Assembly: GCA_036505095.1 (NCBI GenBank)
Contig: DASXUA010000009.1
Coordinates: forward strand, 1-39,798
Length of the DNA stretch: 39,798 bases
Source: Phycisphaerae bacterium
Lineage (GTDB): Bacteria > Planctomycetota > Phycisphaerae > UBA1845
Reading direction: 5' to 3'
Of this stretch, positions 1-8,692 are shown one piece after another. A program made the translations under genes and the position numbers. Under the pieces are notes generated by a model. It made no database searches and was not told the origin of the DNA. It saw only the letters and a program-made list of their open reading frames with translations. Each line of letters opens with the position of its first letter. Within the stretch, counting starts at the first letter, position 1.

Positions 1-1085
1 CCGAACGTCTCGGCAAGCTCGCACCGGAAGTGGTAGAGCCGCTGCAGCGCGCCTGGAGCGGCTTGGTCAAAGGTTGGCAGACCGAGAATGCGGCCCAGGT
101 GAACACCGCGGTAGCATCGCTGGCCGACCTGCTGCCGAACATCGAGTCCAGGCTGTATCCGAACACGAAGACGCTGTTCTGGGAGAGCTGGTATTTCCGC
201 TATCACGGTCTGACGTGGGTGTGGACGTTCTATCTGCTGAGCGTCGTCCTTCTGCTGCTGTCGGTCGTGTATCGCTTCCCGTGGGCGCGTAAGGCCGGCA
301 TGCTGACCTTCGCCGGTTCGGTGCTGGCACACACGGCCGCAGTGGGTCTGAGGTTCTACGTATCGGGCCGCTGGCCGAATTCGAACATGTTCGAGGCCGT
401 CACCACTTCGGCTTGGTTCGGCGGGATCTTCGCACTGATCATCGAGCGCTTCGCCCGCAAGACGCCGCTGCGGGGATTATTCGCGCTGGCATCGGCGGTC
501 GCGTCGATGGTCGCGCTGATGGCCGGCCATTTCATTCCCGAACTCGACCCGAGCATCAGCAACAAGATGGCCGCCCTGAACGACGTCTGGATCTACATCC
601 ATACCAACGTGATCATCTCCAGCTACTGCCTGATCTTCATGGCTTGCGTCAGCGCGCTGGGCTACTTGCGCTATCGCCTGGGCGGTGGCAGCGCGGAAGT
701 CTCGCGCTCCGGCGGCGCCGGCACGCTGGTCATGAATGGCGCCGGCGGCAAGTTCCTGCTGGACGAAAGCAAGACCAACTGGGGCGTGATCCTCGACGCC
801 TGGACCATGGTGTTGATGGAACTGTCGTTCGTGATGCTGTGGACGGGCCTGGTCATGGGCGCCATCTGGGCCGATCACTCCTGGGGCCGCCCCTGGGGCT
901 GGGACCCGAAGGAGATTTTCGCGCTGAATACCTTCATCATCTTCCTGCTGCTGGTGCACGTGCGCATCAAAGTGAAAGACAAGGGCCTGTGGACCGCGGT
1001 CCTCGCCGCCACCGGCTGCGGCGTGATGCTGTTTAACTGGATCGTCATCAACTTCATCGTTTCCGGCCTGCACAGCTACGCGTAG
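1..1085 (+). CDS. ccsA: Cytochrome c biogenesis protein, CcsA/ResC family (5'-partial)
   Basis: Trp-rich heme-handling motif WGRPWGWDPKE. Multiple hydrophobic helices. The frame of ORF 30..1085 stays open to the window edge (ERLGKLAPE precedes the GTG at 30), so the N-terminus probably lies upstream. Confidence 0.8.
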   Translation, partial: ERLGKLAPEVVEPLQRAWSGLVKGWQTENAAQVNTAVASLADLLPNIESRLYPNTKTLFWESWYFRYHGLTWVWTFYLLSVVLLLLSVVYRFPWARKAGMLTFAGSVLAHTAAVGLRFYVSGRWPNSNMFEAVTTSAWFGGIFALIIERFARKTPLRGLFALASAVASMVALMAGHFIPELDPSISNKMAALNDVWIYIHTNVIISSYCLIFMACVSALGYLRYRLGGGSAEVSRSGGAGTLVMNGAGGKFLLDESKTNWGVILDAWTMVLMELSFVMLWTGLVMGAIWADHSWGRPWGWDPKEIFALNTFIIFLLLVHVRIKVKDKGLWTAVLAATGCGVMLFNWIVINFIVSGLHSYA

Positions 1086-1102
1086 CCACGCGAGCGCAGC
1101 GG

Positions 1103-1471
1103 GTGGCATGGTCAACAGCCTTCCGCTTGCCCGTATGGCGACGGCAAGTGTGTCGCGAGCAGGACATGCGCGACCCGCATCCGTACCGCAGCATCGTGTG
1201 TGGAGCGATCGTTTCCTTGTTGATCGGGGCGTTCGTCGCAGCACGGCTGATTGCCACCGGATTTGGTTCCGGATGGTTGTTCGGTCGGAAATTCCCATGG
1301 CAGATCGGTGGCCTCGCGGCCGTAATCAGCCTGCCGCTCGCGATTTTCGTCGTGTCTCTTATCAGCACGCTACGAGCACGGCGTTCTCTTCCGAGTCAGT
1401 GCAGTTTTTGCGGATATGACCTCACGGGCAACAGATCCGGAATCTGTCCGGAATGCGGGCAGCGGATATGA
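1103..1471 (+). CDS. Small membrane protein with C-terminal zinc-ribbon tail (CSFCGYDLTG...CPECG)
   Basis: ORF with two hydrophobic segments and a CxxCGYDL-x8-CPEC motif. The start is uncertain; an internal Met at 1166 is possible. Confidence 0.5.
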   Translation: MAWSTAFRLPVWRRQVCREQDMRDPHPYRSIVCGAIVSLLIGAFVAARLIATGFGSGWLFGRKFPWQIGGLAAVISLPLAIFVVSLISTLRARRSLPSQCSFCGYDLTGNRSGICPECGQRI

Positions 1472-1472
1472 G

Positions 1473-1554
1473 TGCGCGAGGAGAGACTCGAACTCTCACG
1501 GGTTGCCCCACAGGATCCTAAGTCCTGCGCGTCTGCCAGTTCCGCCACTCGCGC
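1473..1554 (-). tRNA. tRNA-Leu (anticodon UAG), class II, no encoded CCA
   Basis: The reverse complement GCGCGAGTGGCGGAACTGGCAGACGCGCAGGACTTAGGATCCTGTGGGGCAACCCGTGAGAGTTCGAGTCTCTCCTCGCGCA folds as a canonical cloverleaf. It has a 7-bp acceptor stem, anticodon stem CAGGA/TCCTG with loop CTTAGGA, a long variable arm and T-arm GAGAG-TTCGAGT-CTCTC. Confidence 0.9.
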
Positions 1555-1652
1555 TACGTCTTGCAGCACAACAGTTTACGTCACTTTCGCATTCAAGTCT
1601 AACACTGCCTGCTGCGCAAATCTGGCAGCGCGCGCATCGAGATTCGCAGCAT

Positions 1653-1985
1653 CGCCGCGTACTGACGCGCACCGACGACGGCCAAGAGATCGTGGTGTTG
1701 GTAAGCAGACTTTCAGCGTTGCGCAATCACCGCCAAAGAGGCGATCCGCATCGTGGAAACGTTCTCGGCGGAACTGGCGATTGTTGACATACCGTTGATG
1801 AACGCCGAGATCGTAGCGCGCCATCTGCACGCCGTTGAACCCAACACGCCCATCATCTTTTTGAGTGGGATGCCCCGCGAGGTCATCGAAGGTGAGGCGG
1901 GCGGGTGCCGAACTCCACGTTCATTGAAAAGCCGTTGGATAATTCGGCTGCTGGCCGAAGTGCGCCGCGTGCTTCAGCCGGTCCG
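1653..1985 (+). pseudogene. Frameshifted response-regulator receiver (CheY-like) domain remnant
   Basis: The receiver signature residues are spread over two frames. RRVLTRTDDGQEIVVLVSRL is in frame 3. ADFQRCAITAKEAIRIVETFSAELAIVDIPLMN...PIIFLSGMPREVIEGEAGG is in frame 1. PNSTFIEKPLD is in frame 3. RLLAEVRRVLQP is in frame 1. An in-frame TAA sits at 1702-1704. At least 3 frameshifts are needed to rebuild one domain. Confidence 0.45.
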
Positions 1986-2024
1986 GATAGGAGCGACGTG
2001 CCAGGGAGTCGCCATCAGCGGGGG

Positions 2025-3038
2025 TCACACCATCGTGAGGACCTGCTGGATGGCTTCGGGAAGCCTTTCGAGAAAGGACACAAAGTCCGCGCGCTTCGCG
2101 AGCCCGAGTTCGCGCGCAGGCTGGCAGGACTCAGCATCGTATCCGCCGCCAGGAGCGTAGCCCAACGTCGCGATGAGCATGTCGCTCAGTTGTATCAACC
2201 AACGCTGTTGTCCCAGCAGATCATCGGCAGCCGGCGAGTGATGGTGATCGGCAATCAAGCTCCGCAAATCTTCAGAGAGCTGCCATTCCTGAGCGATCAT
2301 CTCGCCGAGTTCCTGATGGCATTGATATGCCAGGTACTCAAAAGCATCGATCTCCACCCGCTGACGCGACAACGCGGCCTGGGCAGCCGCCTCGCGAAGC
2401 ACAATTACGTTCCCCACGTCATGAAACAGTCCGACTAGCAGGGCTTCATCCTCGTCGCAACCTATTAGCCTCGCCAAACCACTCATCACGGCGGCGCTGG
2501 CTACGGCGCGCACCCACACCTTTTCCGCCAAGTCACGGTCTCTGGCTCCGATGTCAAAGGCGGCCGCGCGGAGCGATTGGTGGAGCATGAGCATGCGCAG
2601 TACCCGGCTGCCTAATCGGGTCACCGCAGGCGGTAGAGTCGTGATTCGCTGCGCGCCTGCATAGATCGCGGAGTTCGCCATCCGCAGCACGGCGCCCGCG
2701 ATAACCGGATCCTGAGCGATATCTTTGGATATTTGCGAGAAGGAGCATTTCGGATCCCGAAGATGGGTGAGCACCTTGAGCGGGACTTGCGGCAAAGGAG
2801 GCAGGCTCAAGTTGTGCCTGTCGAAGCTGTGGATGAGCCTGTCTTGTAACGTGCGCGCCACATGGTTCCATTTCGGTTCCGGAGGCGTCTGCAGCTCCGT
2901 GAGAACTGCCCCTTCCGGCTTCCACCACAGGCGCGCCGGACCACCTTTCCCGAGAGCGGTGGATGGGCTGGACGGGGACGTTCCGTTGACCGGAGATGGC
3001 TGAGATCGACGTTCCGCGTCCCTCATCACCCAGTTCAT
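2025..3038 (-). CDS. HDOD domain-containing signalling protein
   Basis: Matches the HDOD pattern: LPPLPQVPLKVLTHL...ISKDIAQDPVIAGAVLRMANSAIYAG...TRLG and LLVGLFHDVGNVIVL. Confidence 0.8.
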   Translation of the reverse strand: MNWVMRDAERRSQPSPVNGTSPSSPSTALGKGGPARLWWKPEGAVLTELQTPPEPKWNHVARTLQDRLIHSFDRHNLSLPPLPQVPLKVLTHLRDPKCSFSQISKDIAQDPVIAGAVLRMANSAIYAGAQRITTLPPAVTRLGSRVLRMLMLHQSLRAAAFDIGARDRDLAEKVWVRAVASAAVMSGLARLIGCDEDEALLVGLFHDVGNVIVLREAAAQAALSRQRVEIDAFEYLAYQCHQELGEMIAQEWQLSEDLRSLIADHHHSPAADDLLGQQRWLIQLSDMLIATLGYAPGGGYDAESCQPARELGLAKRADFVSFLERLPEAIQQVLTMV

Positions 3039-3854
3039 CCAATGCCGAACACTCTCGCCGGTGTTCCCCCATAAGCCCCTTTCGCCGCCGCACTGAACAC
3101 CGGCCGGCGAACCAATATTGTTTAATAAATGATCGACTTAGTCGAATTGCGAGTTGCGTTGAGGCCGATAACGGAACGTTGCCCGGCTTTTCTTTACGGG
3201 CGCGACCTAATCCGGAACTCGATCGGCTGCGCAGGCGCGTACGCAGCGGCCCTTACAAATGGTTCGTGCGACTGGACACAAGCGATTGCTGATGGGGCCG
3301 CGCCGCGCACGGCATCCAGGTCGACTGTACGTCACGGCCACCTCAGAGTTAGGACCCAGCGCTGGACATTGAACTCACGGCGGGCAGGCTGCGAAGGTTA
3401 TCGGCTCAGTAGCGCTAATGGACGCGCTACGTGATGAGCATGGCCGGTTTCTCACAGGTAATCCGACAAGCTGGAAACATGGTTAAGGCGGCAACCCCGG
3501 CGGGCGGCCACGATCGCGAAGACATCGGCATGGACCCCTGGGCAAACTGACGGTCACCCCGGCGCCGTGAATCGCGGATCCCCGCTGAGCAGTCGTCGCA
3601 TGATCTGACTGCATCGCGCACGCTGCTCAGCGGTGTTCTTGTTTGGGGAATCGATGCGCGCAAGGACGCCGGCGGCCATCGACGCTGCGAGCGTCGCCGC
3701 GCATCGAGAAGCCAGTGGACGCGCGGCGCACAGAATGGCTCGACGGCACGCCTGACCCTGCTGCCGCCGAGCCAGAATTGCGCGGTAACGGCCTACATCA
3801 CCGAGCATTTTACGCGCTTCGACACTCACTCGCGCGCTGCTGTCTGAAAAGATT

Positions 3855-3891
3855 CTAAGTGCCGCGCGTCTGCCAGTTCCGCCACTCGCGC
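3855..3891 (-). repeat. Duplicated 5' half of tRNA-Leu(UAG), nt 1-37 from acceptor 5' strand to anticodon
   Basis: 35 of 37 positions are identical to 1518-1554 (ctaagtGcCgcgcgtctgccagttccgccactcgcgc versus ctaagtCcTgcgcg...). Identity stops exactly at the tRNA 5' end and in the anticodon loop. Confidence 0.85.
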
Positions 3892-4037
3892 GAATGGGTG
3901 GGCATCAGAGTTTACGCCCGCCAGCGGGGCATCGCCAGCGTCCGGTCTGTTCGCGAGCGTGCTCTCCTGCTATAATGCACTCTTGCATACGGCCCAGTGC
4001 GCCCGCGCGGCAGGGCCACAGCATTCGGAGAGAAGCC

Positions 4038-5330
4038 ATGCAGATCCGTCGTTGGTCAGCTTTTGCGGCTTTTGTGACCGTCGTTGCATTGAGCGCGAGC
4101 GCTTACGGGCAGATCGCGCTCAACCCCGGCTCGATCATCTGGCTGTCGCTGCGCGGCACCGATAACGTCGTGGGCTTTGCGCCGGCCGGCATTTCTTCGC
4201 TGCCGGCCAACGGCACGCTCATGCCCATGGCCGTCGGGGCCAGCGCCAGCGCCGCGTACGATTTCTCCAGCGCTGCTTTCAACGTTAACAACGCGCAGTT
4301 CGCACTGAGCGCGTCGAATGGCGTTTCGAGCTCGGCGGATCTTTATGGGCAGATCAACTTCACCGCCACGACGGCGGTGCCGTGGAACCTGGCTGGCTCG
4401 CTGAGTTGGATGGGCAACTGGGCCAATGGCGTGTCGCTCTTCGCGCGACTGCAGGACCTGACGACTGGCAGCGACGTGACGCTGCACAACTATGCGTCGG
4501 CGGGTGTGCTCTCGTCGGTGACGCTGACGGTCGGCAGCGGCGGCGGCAACTCGATGAACGTGATCGGCCCGACCTCCGGCACGCTGACCGCCGGGCATGC
4601 CTATCAATACACGCTCGAGTTGGCGGCCGACTCCAACCCGTACAGCCCGCAGACCGGCATGGCGATGGGCAATCTGTCGCTGAGCTTCGGCACGCAGACC
4701 GTCACGATCACCGCGGCCAACCCTCCGGCGCCCGCGGGCAATCCCTATCAACCCGGCCAGATCTTCACTGACGTCCTGGACACGGGCAGCGGACCAACCG
4801 TGACGGCCGGCATCGGCGCGCCCGGCACGCTCGATGAGGGGCCCATCAGCTACAGCCCGATTCACGTGACTTTCAGCGGCGCACCCGTACCGCCGCCGGC
4901 GCCGGACAATGTTGTTGTGGGTTGCGTGGGCGGATCGCTGCCCTGCCCGACGATCACGGCCATCAGTCCGGGGCCCGGCGCGAATGAGTATGCGATCAGC
5001 ATAAGCGGCGGGATGCCACCGCTTTCCTGCATGACGTTCATCTTCACGGGGAACGCCGCCGGTCAACGGCTGCATTACTACTCCAATCCCGGCAATTTGA
5101 ACCTGGATTCCTTCGGCAGCACCACGCAAGACGTGCTGTTCCTGATCCAGAACATCAACGACGGCTCCGCCAACCTGCCGGAGAACCTGGCGCGCTTCAA
5201 CGTCAACCGCAGCCACCTGCAACCTCCGCACGTGAATACTCAGGACGTGCTGCGGGTGGTGCAGCTTCTGAACGGCGTCAACACCACGCAGGTATTCAAC
5301 GGCACGCACGCCGCGGCGTGTCCGCCGTAG
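4038..5330 (+). CDS. Secreted protein of unknown function with C-terminal dockerin-like repeats
   Basis: GGAGAG Shine-Dalgarno sequence 5 nt before the ATG at 4038. Signal peptide MQIRRWSAFAAFVTVVALSASAYGQ. Ser/Ala/Gly/Thr-rich body. The C-terminus carries two similar segments (TTQDVLFLIQNINDG / NTQDVLRVVQLLNG). The annotated ORF start at 3894 is probably too far upstream. Confidence 0.65.
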   Translation: MQIRRWSAFAAFVTVVALSASAYGQIALNPGSIIWLSLRGTDNVVGFAPAGISSLPANGTLMPMAVGASASAAYDFSSAAFNVNNAQFALSASNGVSSSADLYGQINFTATTAVPWNLAGSLSWMGNWANGVSLFARLQDLTTGSDVTLHNYASAGVLSSVTLTVGSGGGNSMNVIGPTSGTLTAGHAYQYTLELAADSNPYSPQTGMAMGNLSLSFGTQTVTITAANPPAPAGNPYQPGQIFTDVLDTGSGPTVTAGIGAPGTLDEGPISYSPIHVTFSGAPVPPPAPDNVVVGCVGGSLPCPTITAISPGPGANEYAISISGGMPPLSCMTFIFTGNAAGQRLHYYSNPGNLNLDSFGSTTQDVLFLIQNINDGSANLPENLARFNVNRSHLQPPHVNTQDVLRVVQLLNGVNTTQVFNGTHAAACPP

Positions 5331-5419
5331 CAGGCTCGCTCCAGCCGATCCGTCACACACGCGGTCATCGACAACCGTTTGTCTTGGACCGCGCGCGGCA
5401 TCGCCGTTAGCATGGAACG

Positions 5420-6247
5420 ATGTCCCCGTCTGCGGAACTTCAGCAGATGCTGGCGCTGGCTACTCGCCTGGCCGTCGAGGGCGGACGGATTGCGCGGGCA
5501 CGGCTGGGCACGGCGCGGGCCACGCGCAAGCTGGATGACAGCGAGGTCACCGATGTCGATGTGGCGATCGAGACGTACGTGCTGGAAGCCATCGGCGAAG
5601 TCTACCCGCAACACGCCGCGCTGTGCGAAGAGGGCGTTCAGGCCGGGGTCAAGGGAAAGGCGGGCGAAGCCGAATTCTGCTGGGTGATCGATCCGCTGGA
5701 TGGCACGCGCAATTACATCCGGCAGCTTCCCATCTTCTGCACCTCGATCGCGGTCCTGCAGCATGGCGCTCCGCTGATCGGTGTCATTCATTCGCCAATG
5801 ACCGATCAGACGTTCACGGTGCTCGAGGACGGACCGGTCCGCGGTGCGACCGGCATGCTCCGCGCGAGCGCGCGTCTGTTGGATCGCGACGCGCTACTGG
5901 GCGTGCCGACCGGCCGGCATCGCCCTTCCGTGAAGGTCGTTCAGGCCTGGGCCGAGAAATGGGTGCTGCGCAACCTGGGCTCGACGGCTCTGCACCTGGC
6001 ACTGGTCGCGTCGGGCGCGCTCGACGGGGCGTTTTGTTGCGAGTGCAAGCTGTGGGACATCGCGGCCGGCGCGCTACTGATCGAGCGCGCCGGCGGCGTC
6101 TGCACCGATTTTGAAGGGCGGTCGCTGTTTCCATTTCCGCTGGGTAGGTATCGCGGTGAAGATACGCCGGTTCTAGCCGCCGGCCCGAACGTACACGCGG
6201 AGCTACTTAAGAGCATGCGGGCGGCGCTGGTGAGTGCTGAGCGGTGA
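5420..6247 (+). CDS. Inositol monophosphatase family protein (SuhB/CysQ/HisN-like)
   Basis: Both family signatures are present: WVIDPLDGTRNY and WDIAAGALLIERAGG. Confidence 0.85.
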   Translation: MSPSAELQQMLALATRLAVEGGRIARARLGTARATRKLDDSEVTDVDVAIETYVLEAIGEVYPQHAALCEEGVQAGVKGKAGEAEFCWVIDPLDGTRNYIRQLPIFCTSIAVLQHGAPLIGVIHSPMTDQTFTVLEDGPVRGATGMLRASARLLDRDALLGVPTGRHRPSVKVVQAWAEKWVLRNLGSTALHLALVASGALDGAFCCECKLWDIAAGALLIERAGGVCTDFEGRSLFPFPLGRYRGEDTPVLAAGPNVHAELLKSMRAALVSAER

Positions 6248-7233
6248 GTGAGAGTCGCGTGAGGCGCATCATATGGTATGTGCTGGTGCTAGCAATCACC
6301 GGCTGCCGAGACGACTACGGCCGCGTTAGCCGGCGCGCTACAGGCACCGAGCGCGGTTTTGTGGCGGTCGTGGGGGTCTCCGAGGGTGACTCGTTGTGGC
6401 CGGTGATCCGTTCGGCCGCACGGCAGCACGCCGACGACTTCCGGCCCCTGACCATTCGCACCGAGGCCCCGCCGATGCGCTCGTCCAATGCCCAAATTCA
6501 GCTTCTGCAGAAGCTGCAGCGCGAACGCGTGCGCGGGGTGTGCGTCGACGTGGACGATCCGGAGGCGCTCGCGCCGGCGCTGGAAGCGCTGCGCAGCGCC
6601 GGCGTCGTGGTCGTGACGATGCGGCTCCCGGTGCCGGGGCACACGCCCTTCCTGCACAGCGGCATCGTCGCCCAGGAGGCCGGCGCGCTGCTGGCCGATC
6701 TGGCGGCCGAGGCCCTCCAGCAGCACGGCACCCTGGCGCTCGTCGTCCCCGAGGGGCTGCCCTTTTTCGATCAAGGTCGCGATGGCTTCGAGCGAAAGAT
6801 CGCCACGTATTCAAATGTTCAGATGTTGCCGACCCTGGCGTGTCCGCGCGACACAGCGAAGGCTCAGCGACTCGTGGATGCGTGCGCGCAGCGCTTCCCG
6901 CGGCTCGACGCCTGGGCGCTGTTGGACGCGCGACTGCTCGAACCCGATGCCGGAACACTGCTGAGCCTCCCAGCGGGGGCACGCTTTGTAACCCTGGGCA
7001 TGACGCCGGCAATTCGCGCTCGGCTGGCGGATGGAACCTGCGCAGCCGCGGTCGAGGCCGACTATAACCAGATGGTCGTCAAGGCACTCGAGTTGTGCGC
7101 GATGACGGCCCGCGGGCTCATGACCGGATATCAGACATACGAAGTGCCGCTGCGCGCGGTGCGCGGGCATGAAGCGGGCACACCAGCGCCCGGCGCAGGC
7201 GAACAGCCCGAAACGACCGCCAAGACGCCATAA
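6244..7233 (+). CDS. Lipoprotein with periplasmic-binding-protein-like (sugar-binding/LacI-type) fold
   Basis: GTGA start/stop overlap with the upstream gene. Lipobox LAITGC. Alternating beta-alpha pattern (FVAVVGVSEG..., VRGVCVDVDD..., VVVVTM) typical of type I periplasmic binding proteins. The last residues (TTAKTP) are encoded by the adjacent repeat element. Confidence 0.5.
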   Translation: MSESRVRRIIWYVLVLAITGCRDDYGRVSRRATGTERGFVAVVGVSEGDSLWPVIRSAARQHADDFRPLTIRTEAPPMRSSNAQIQLLQKLQRERVRGVCVDVDDPEALAPALEALRSAGVVVVTMRLPVPGHTPFLHSGIVAQEAGALLADLAAEALQQHGTLALVVPEGLPFFDQGRDGFERKIATYSNVQMLPTLACPRDTAKAQRLVDACAQRFPRLDAWALLDARLLEPDAGTLLSLPAGARFVTLGMTPAIRARLADGTCAAAVEADYNQMVVKALELCAMTARGLMTGYQTYEVPLRAVRGHEAGTPAPGAGEQPETTAKTP

Positions 7234-7330
7234 TAGAACCGCCAAGACGCCAAGGTCGCCAAGATGATTAGGTCCGCTTCGCGGACTCCGCGCGCGGCGG
7301 GACTGGTTCTCCCCTTGGCGTCTTGGCGGT
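7217..7330. repeat. Palindromic intergenic repeat element, copy A (ccgccaagacgccaagg ... ccttggcgtcttggcgg)
   Basis: Internal inverted repeat 7239-7256 / 7313-7330. Positions 7233-7286 are a 54-bp exact reverse complement of 12629-12682. Confidence 0.85.
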
Positions 7331-7369
7331 TAAGAGCTGGCGTCGTGGCGGCTGCCGCAAATCCACGAT

Positions 7370-8692
7370 TCACAGCGACCGCGCGGGTTTGATCGGCGTA
7401 TCCGGCCGGATGAGTACGTCATCGTCGAACGGCTTGTCAGCCAGCAGGAATGGCCGGTGCTGCGAAATGCTGATCAGTAGCGCGACCGCCATGAAGTTGG
7501 TCAGCAGACTGCTGCCGCCGAAGCTGACAAACGGCAACGTCATGCCGGTGATCGGCATCAGTCCCGTGTTTTCACCCATGTTGAGCAGCGCCTGGGTCAC
7601 CACCATGGTGACGACGCCGACCGCCAGCAGGCGCGCGAAAGGCTCGGTCGTAGCGAAGGCGATATTCAAGCCGACCAATGTGATCACGCCATAACATCCC
7701 AGCACGAACAGGCAGCCCAGCAGGCCCCACTGGTGCCCGATGATCGCGAACACGAAATCGTTGTGCTTCTCCGGTAGAAAGTTGTATTCGACGTAAGTGC
7801 CCTGCCCCCAGCCGTGTCCGAATACGCCGCCGCTGCCGAGCGCCGCTTTCGAACCCACAAGCTGATATCCAATGTCCTTCTCCCATTCCAGCGCCTGGCG
7901 TGGCGTGGCCAGCCAGCGGTAGCGCTGCGGCTGGGCGATGATCTTGTCGCGGAATTCCCGGGATTGCATCAGCACCAGCGAAACTCGAGACCGCTGGTAG
8001 GTCTCCAGATGCGACCAAGCCAACGGCGCTGCCAACAGGCCGATCAACAGGACCAGCGCCAGGTGCTTGGCCCGGGCGCCAGCGGCAAACAGAATTACGA
8101 ACAGCACCGGGATCGTTTGCAGCGTCGTGCCGAGGTCGGGCTCCATTAGGATCAGCATCATCGGAACGGCCGACATCAGCAGTGGAATCAGCAGCCCGCC
8201 AAACGTGCGGTAGTTGCGCCGATAGCGCAAGTACCACGCCAAACCGAGCATGTAGGCCACTTTCATCAGCTCGGACGGTTGCAACCCGAAGCCGGGCAGT
8301 TGAATCCAGCGGTAGGTATTGCGTCGCACCGGGACCAGGCCGCCGAAAGAATAATGCGTCAGGCGCGCGATGCACGGTGGAATGAGCAGCAGGAGCGCCA
8401 TTCCGAAGATGAGATAGGCATGCTGTGCGATACGATAGTAACCGATCCGCAGAATCACGGCCGTCAACACCAGCGACGCGGCGAGGTAGACTGCCTGCTT
8501 GCTCGTATTTACATACTCGTCACCCGCGGCCTGCTCGGTCGCGAAGATGCACGCCAAGCCGACGAGACAGAGGACGATGGCGGCGGCCGCCACGGCCGAA
8601 CCAGGAGCAGGCAGGTGCCACCAATGATGCTTCACGTGCACTTCTCCGGAGCGGCTCCTAATCGCCGCGTGCAATTCTACGGCTCGGTGCAT
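7370..8692 (-). CDS. rodA: Rod shape-determining protein RodA (SEDS-family peptidoglycan polymerase)
   Basis: SEDS motifs GSGGVFGHGWGQGTY, LPEKHNDFVFAIIGHQWG and LMPITGMTLPFVSFGGSSLL. About 10 TM segments. Lies downstream of mrdA. The start may be a GTG slightly downstream, because the ORF overlaps the mrdA end by 35 nt. Confidence 0.85.
   Translation of the reverse strand: MHRAVELHAAIRSRSGEVHVKHHWWHLPAPGSAVAAAAIVLCLVGLACIFATEQAAGDEYVNTSKQAVYLAASLVLTAVILRIGYYRIAQHAYLIFGMALLLLIPPCIARLTHYSFGGLVPVRRNTYRWIQLPGFGLQPSELMKVAYMLGLAWYLRYRRNYRTFGGLLIPLLMSAVPMMLILMEPDLGTTLQTIPVLFVILFAAGARAKHLALVLLIGLLAAPLAWSHLETYQRSRVSLVLMQSREFRDKIIAQPQRYRWLATPRQALEWEKDIGYQLVGSKAALGSGGVFGHGWGQGTYVEYNFLPEKHNDFVFAIIGHQWGLLGCLFVLGCYGVITLVGLNIAFATTEPFARLLAVGVVTMVVTQALLNMGENTGLMPITGMTLPFVSFGGSSLLTNFMAVALLISISQHRPFLLADKPFDDDVLIRPDTPIKPARSL

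Noticed and set aside
3554-3829. 91-aa minus-strand ORF in the otherwise non-coding 3.04-3.85 kb region.
   Set aside because: It has no Shine-Dalgarno sequence and no recognisable motif. It overlaps other equally long frames, so it cannot be distinguished from a random open frame in GC-rich DNA.
3643-3858. ORF ending ...FYALRHSLARCCLKRF next to the tRNA-Leu half-copy, considered as a tyrosine-recombinase box II (LRHT/S) remnant.
   Set aside because: Only a 4-5 residue resemblance exists. There is no downstream HxxxxxY motif and no upstream Arg box, and the ORF has Arg/Ala-rich composition typical of spurious high-GC frames.
4056-5360. Long antisense or alternative-frame ORFs: 4056-5360(-), 12793-14079(+), 14497-15594(+), 16153-17436(+), 18601-19542(-), 22631-23713(-), 28160-29461(+), 31339-32814(-), 33676-34776(+), 6338-7012(-), 477-1298(-).
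   Set aside because: All overlap genes with clear family motifs on the opposite strand or in another frame. They have the extreme Arg/Ala/Gly/Pro composition expected from stop-codon-poor GC-rich sequence. None shows a conserved motif.
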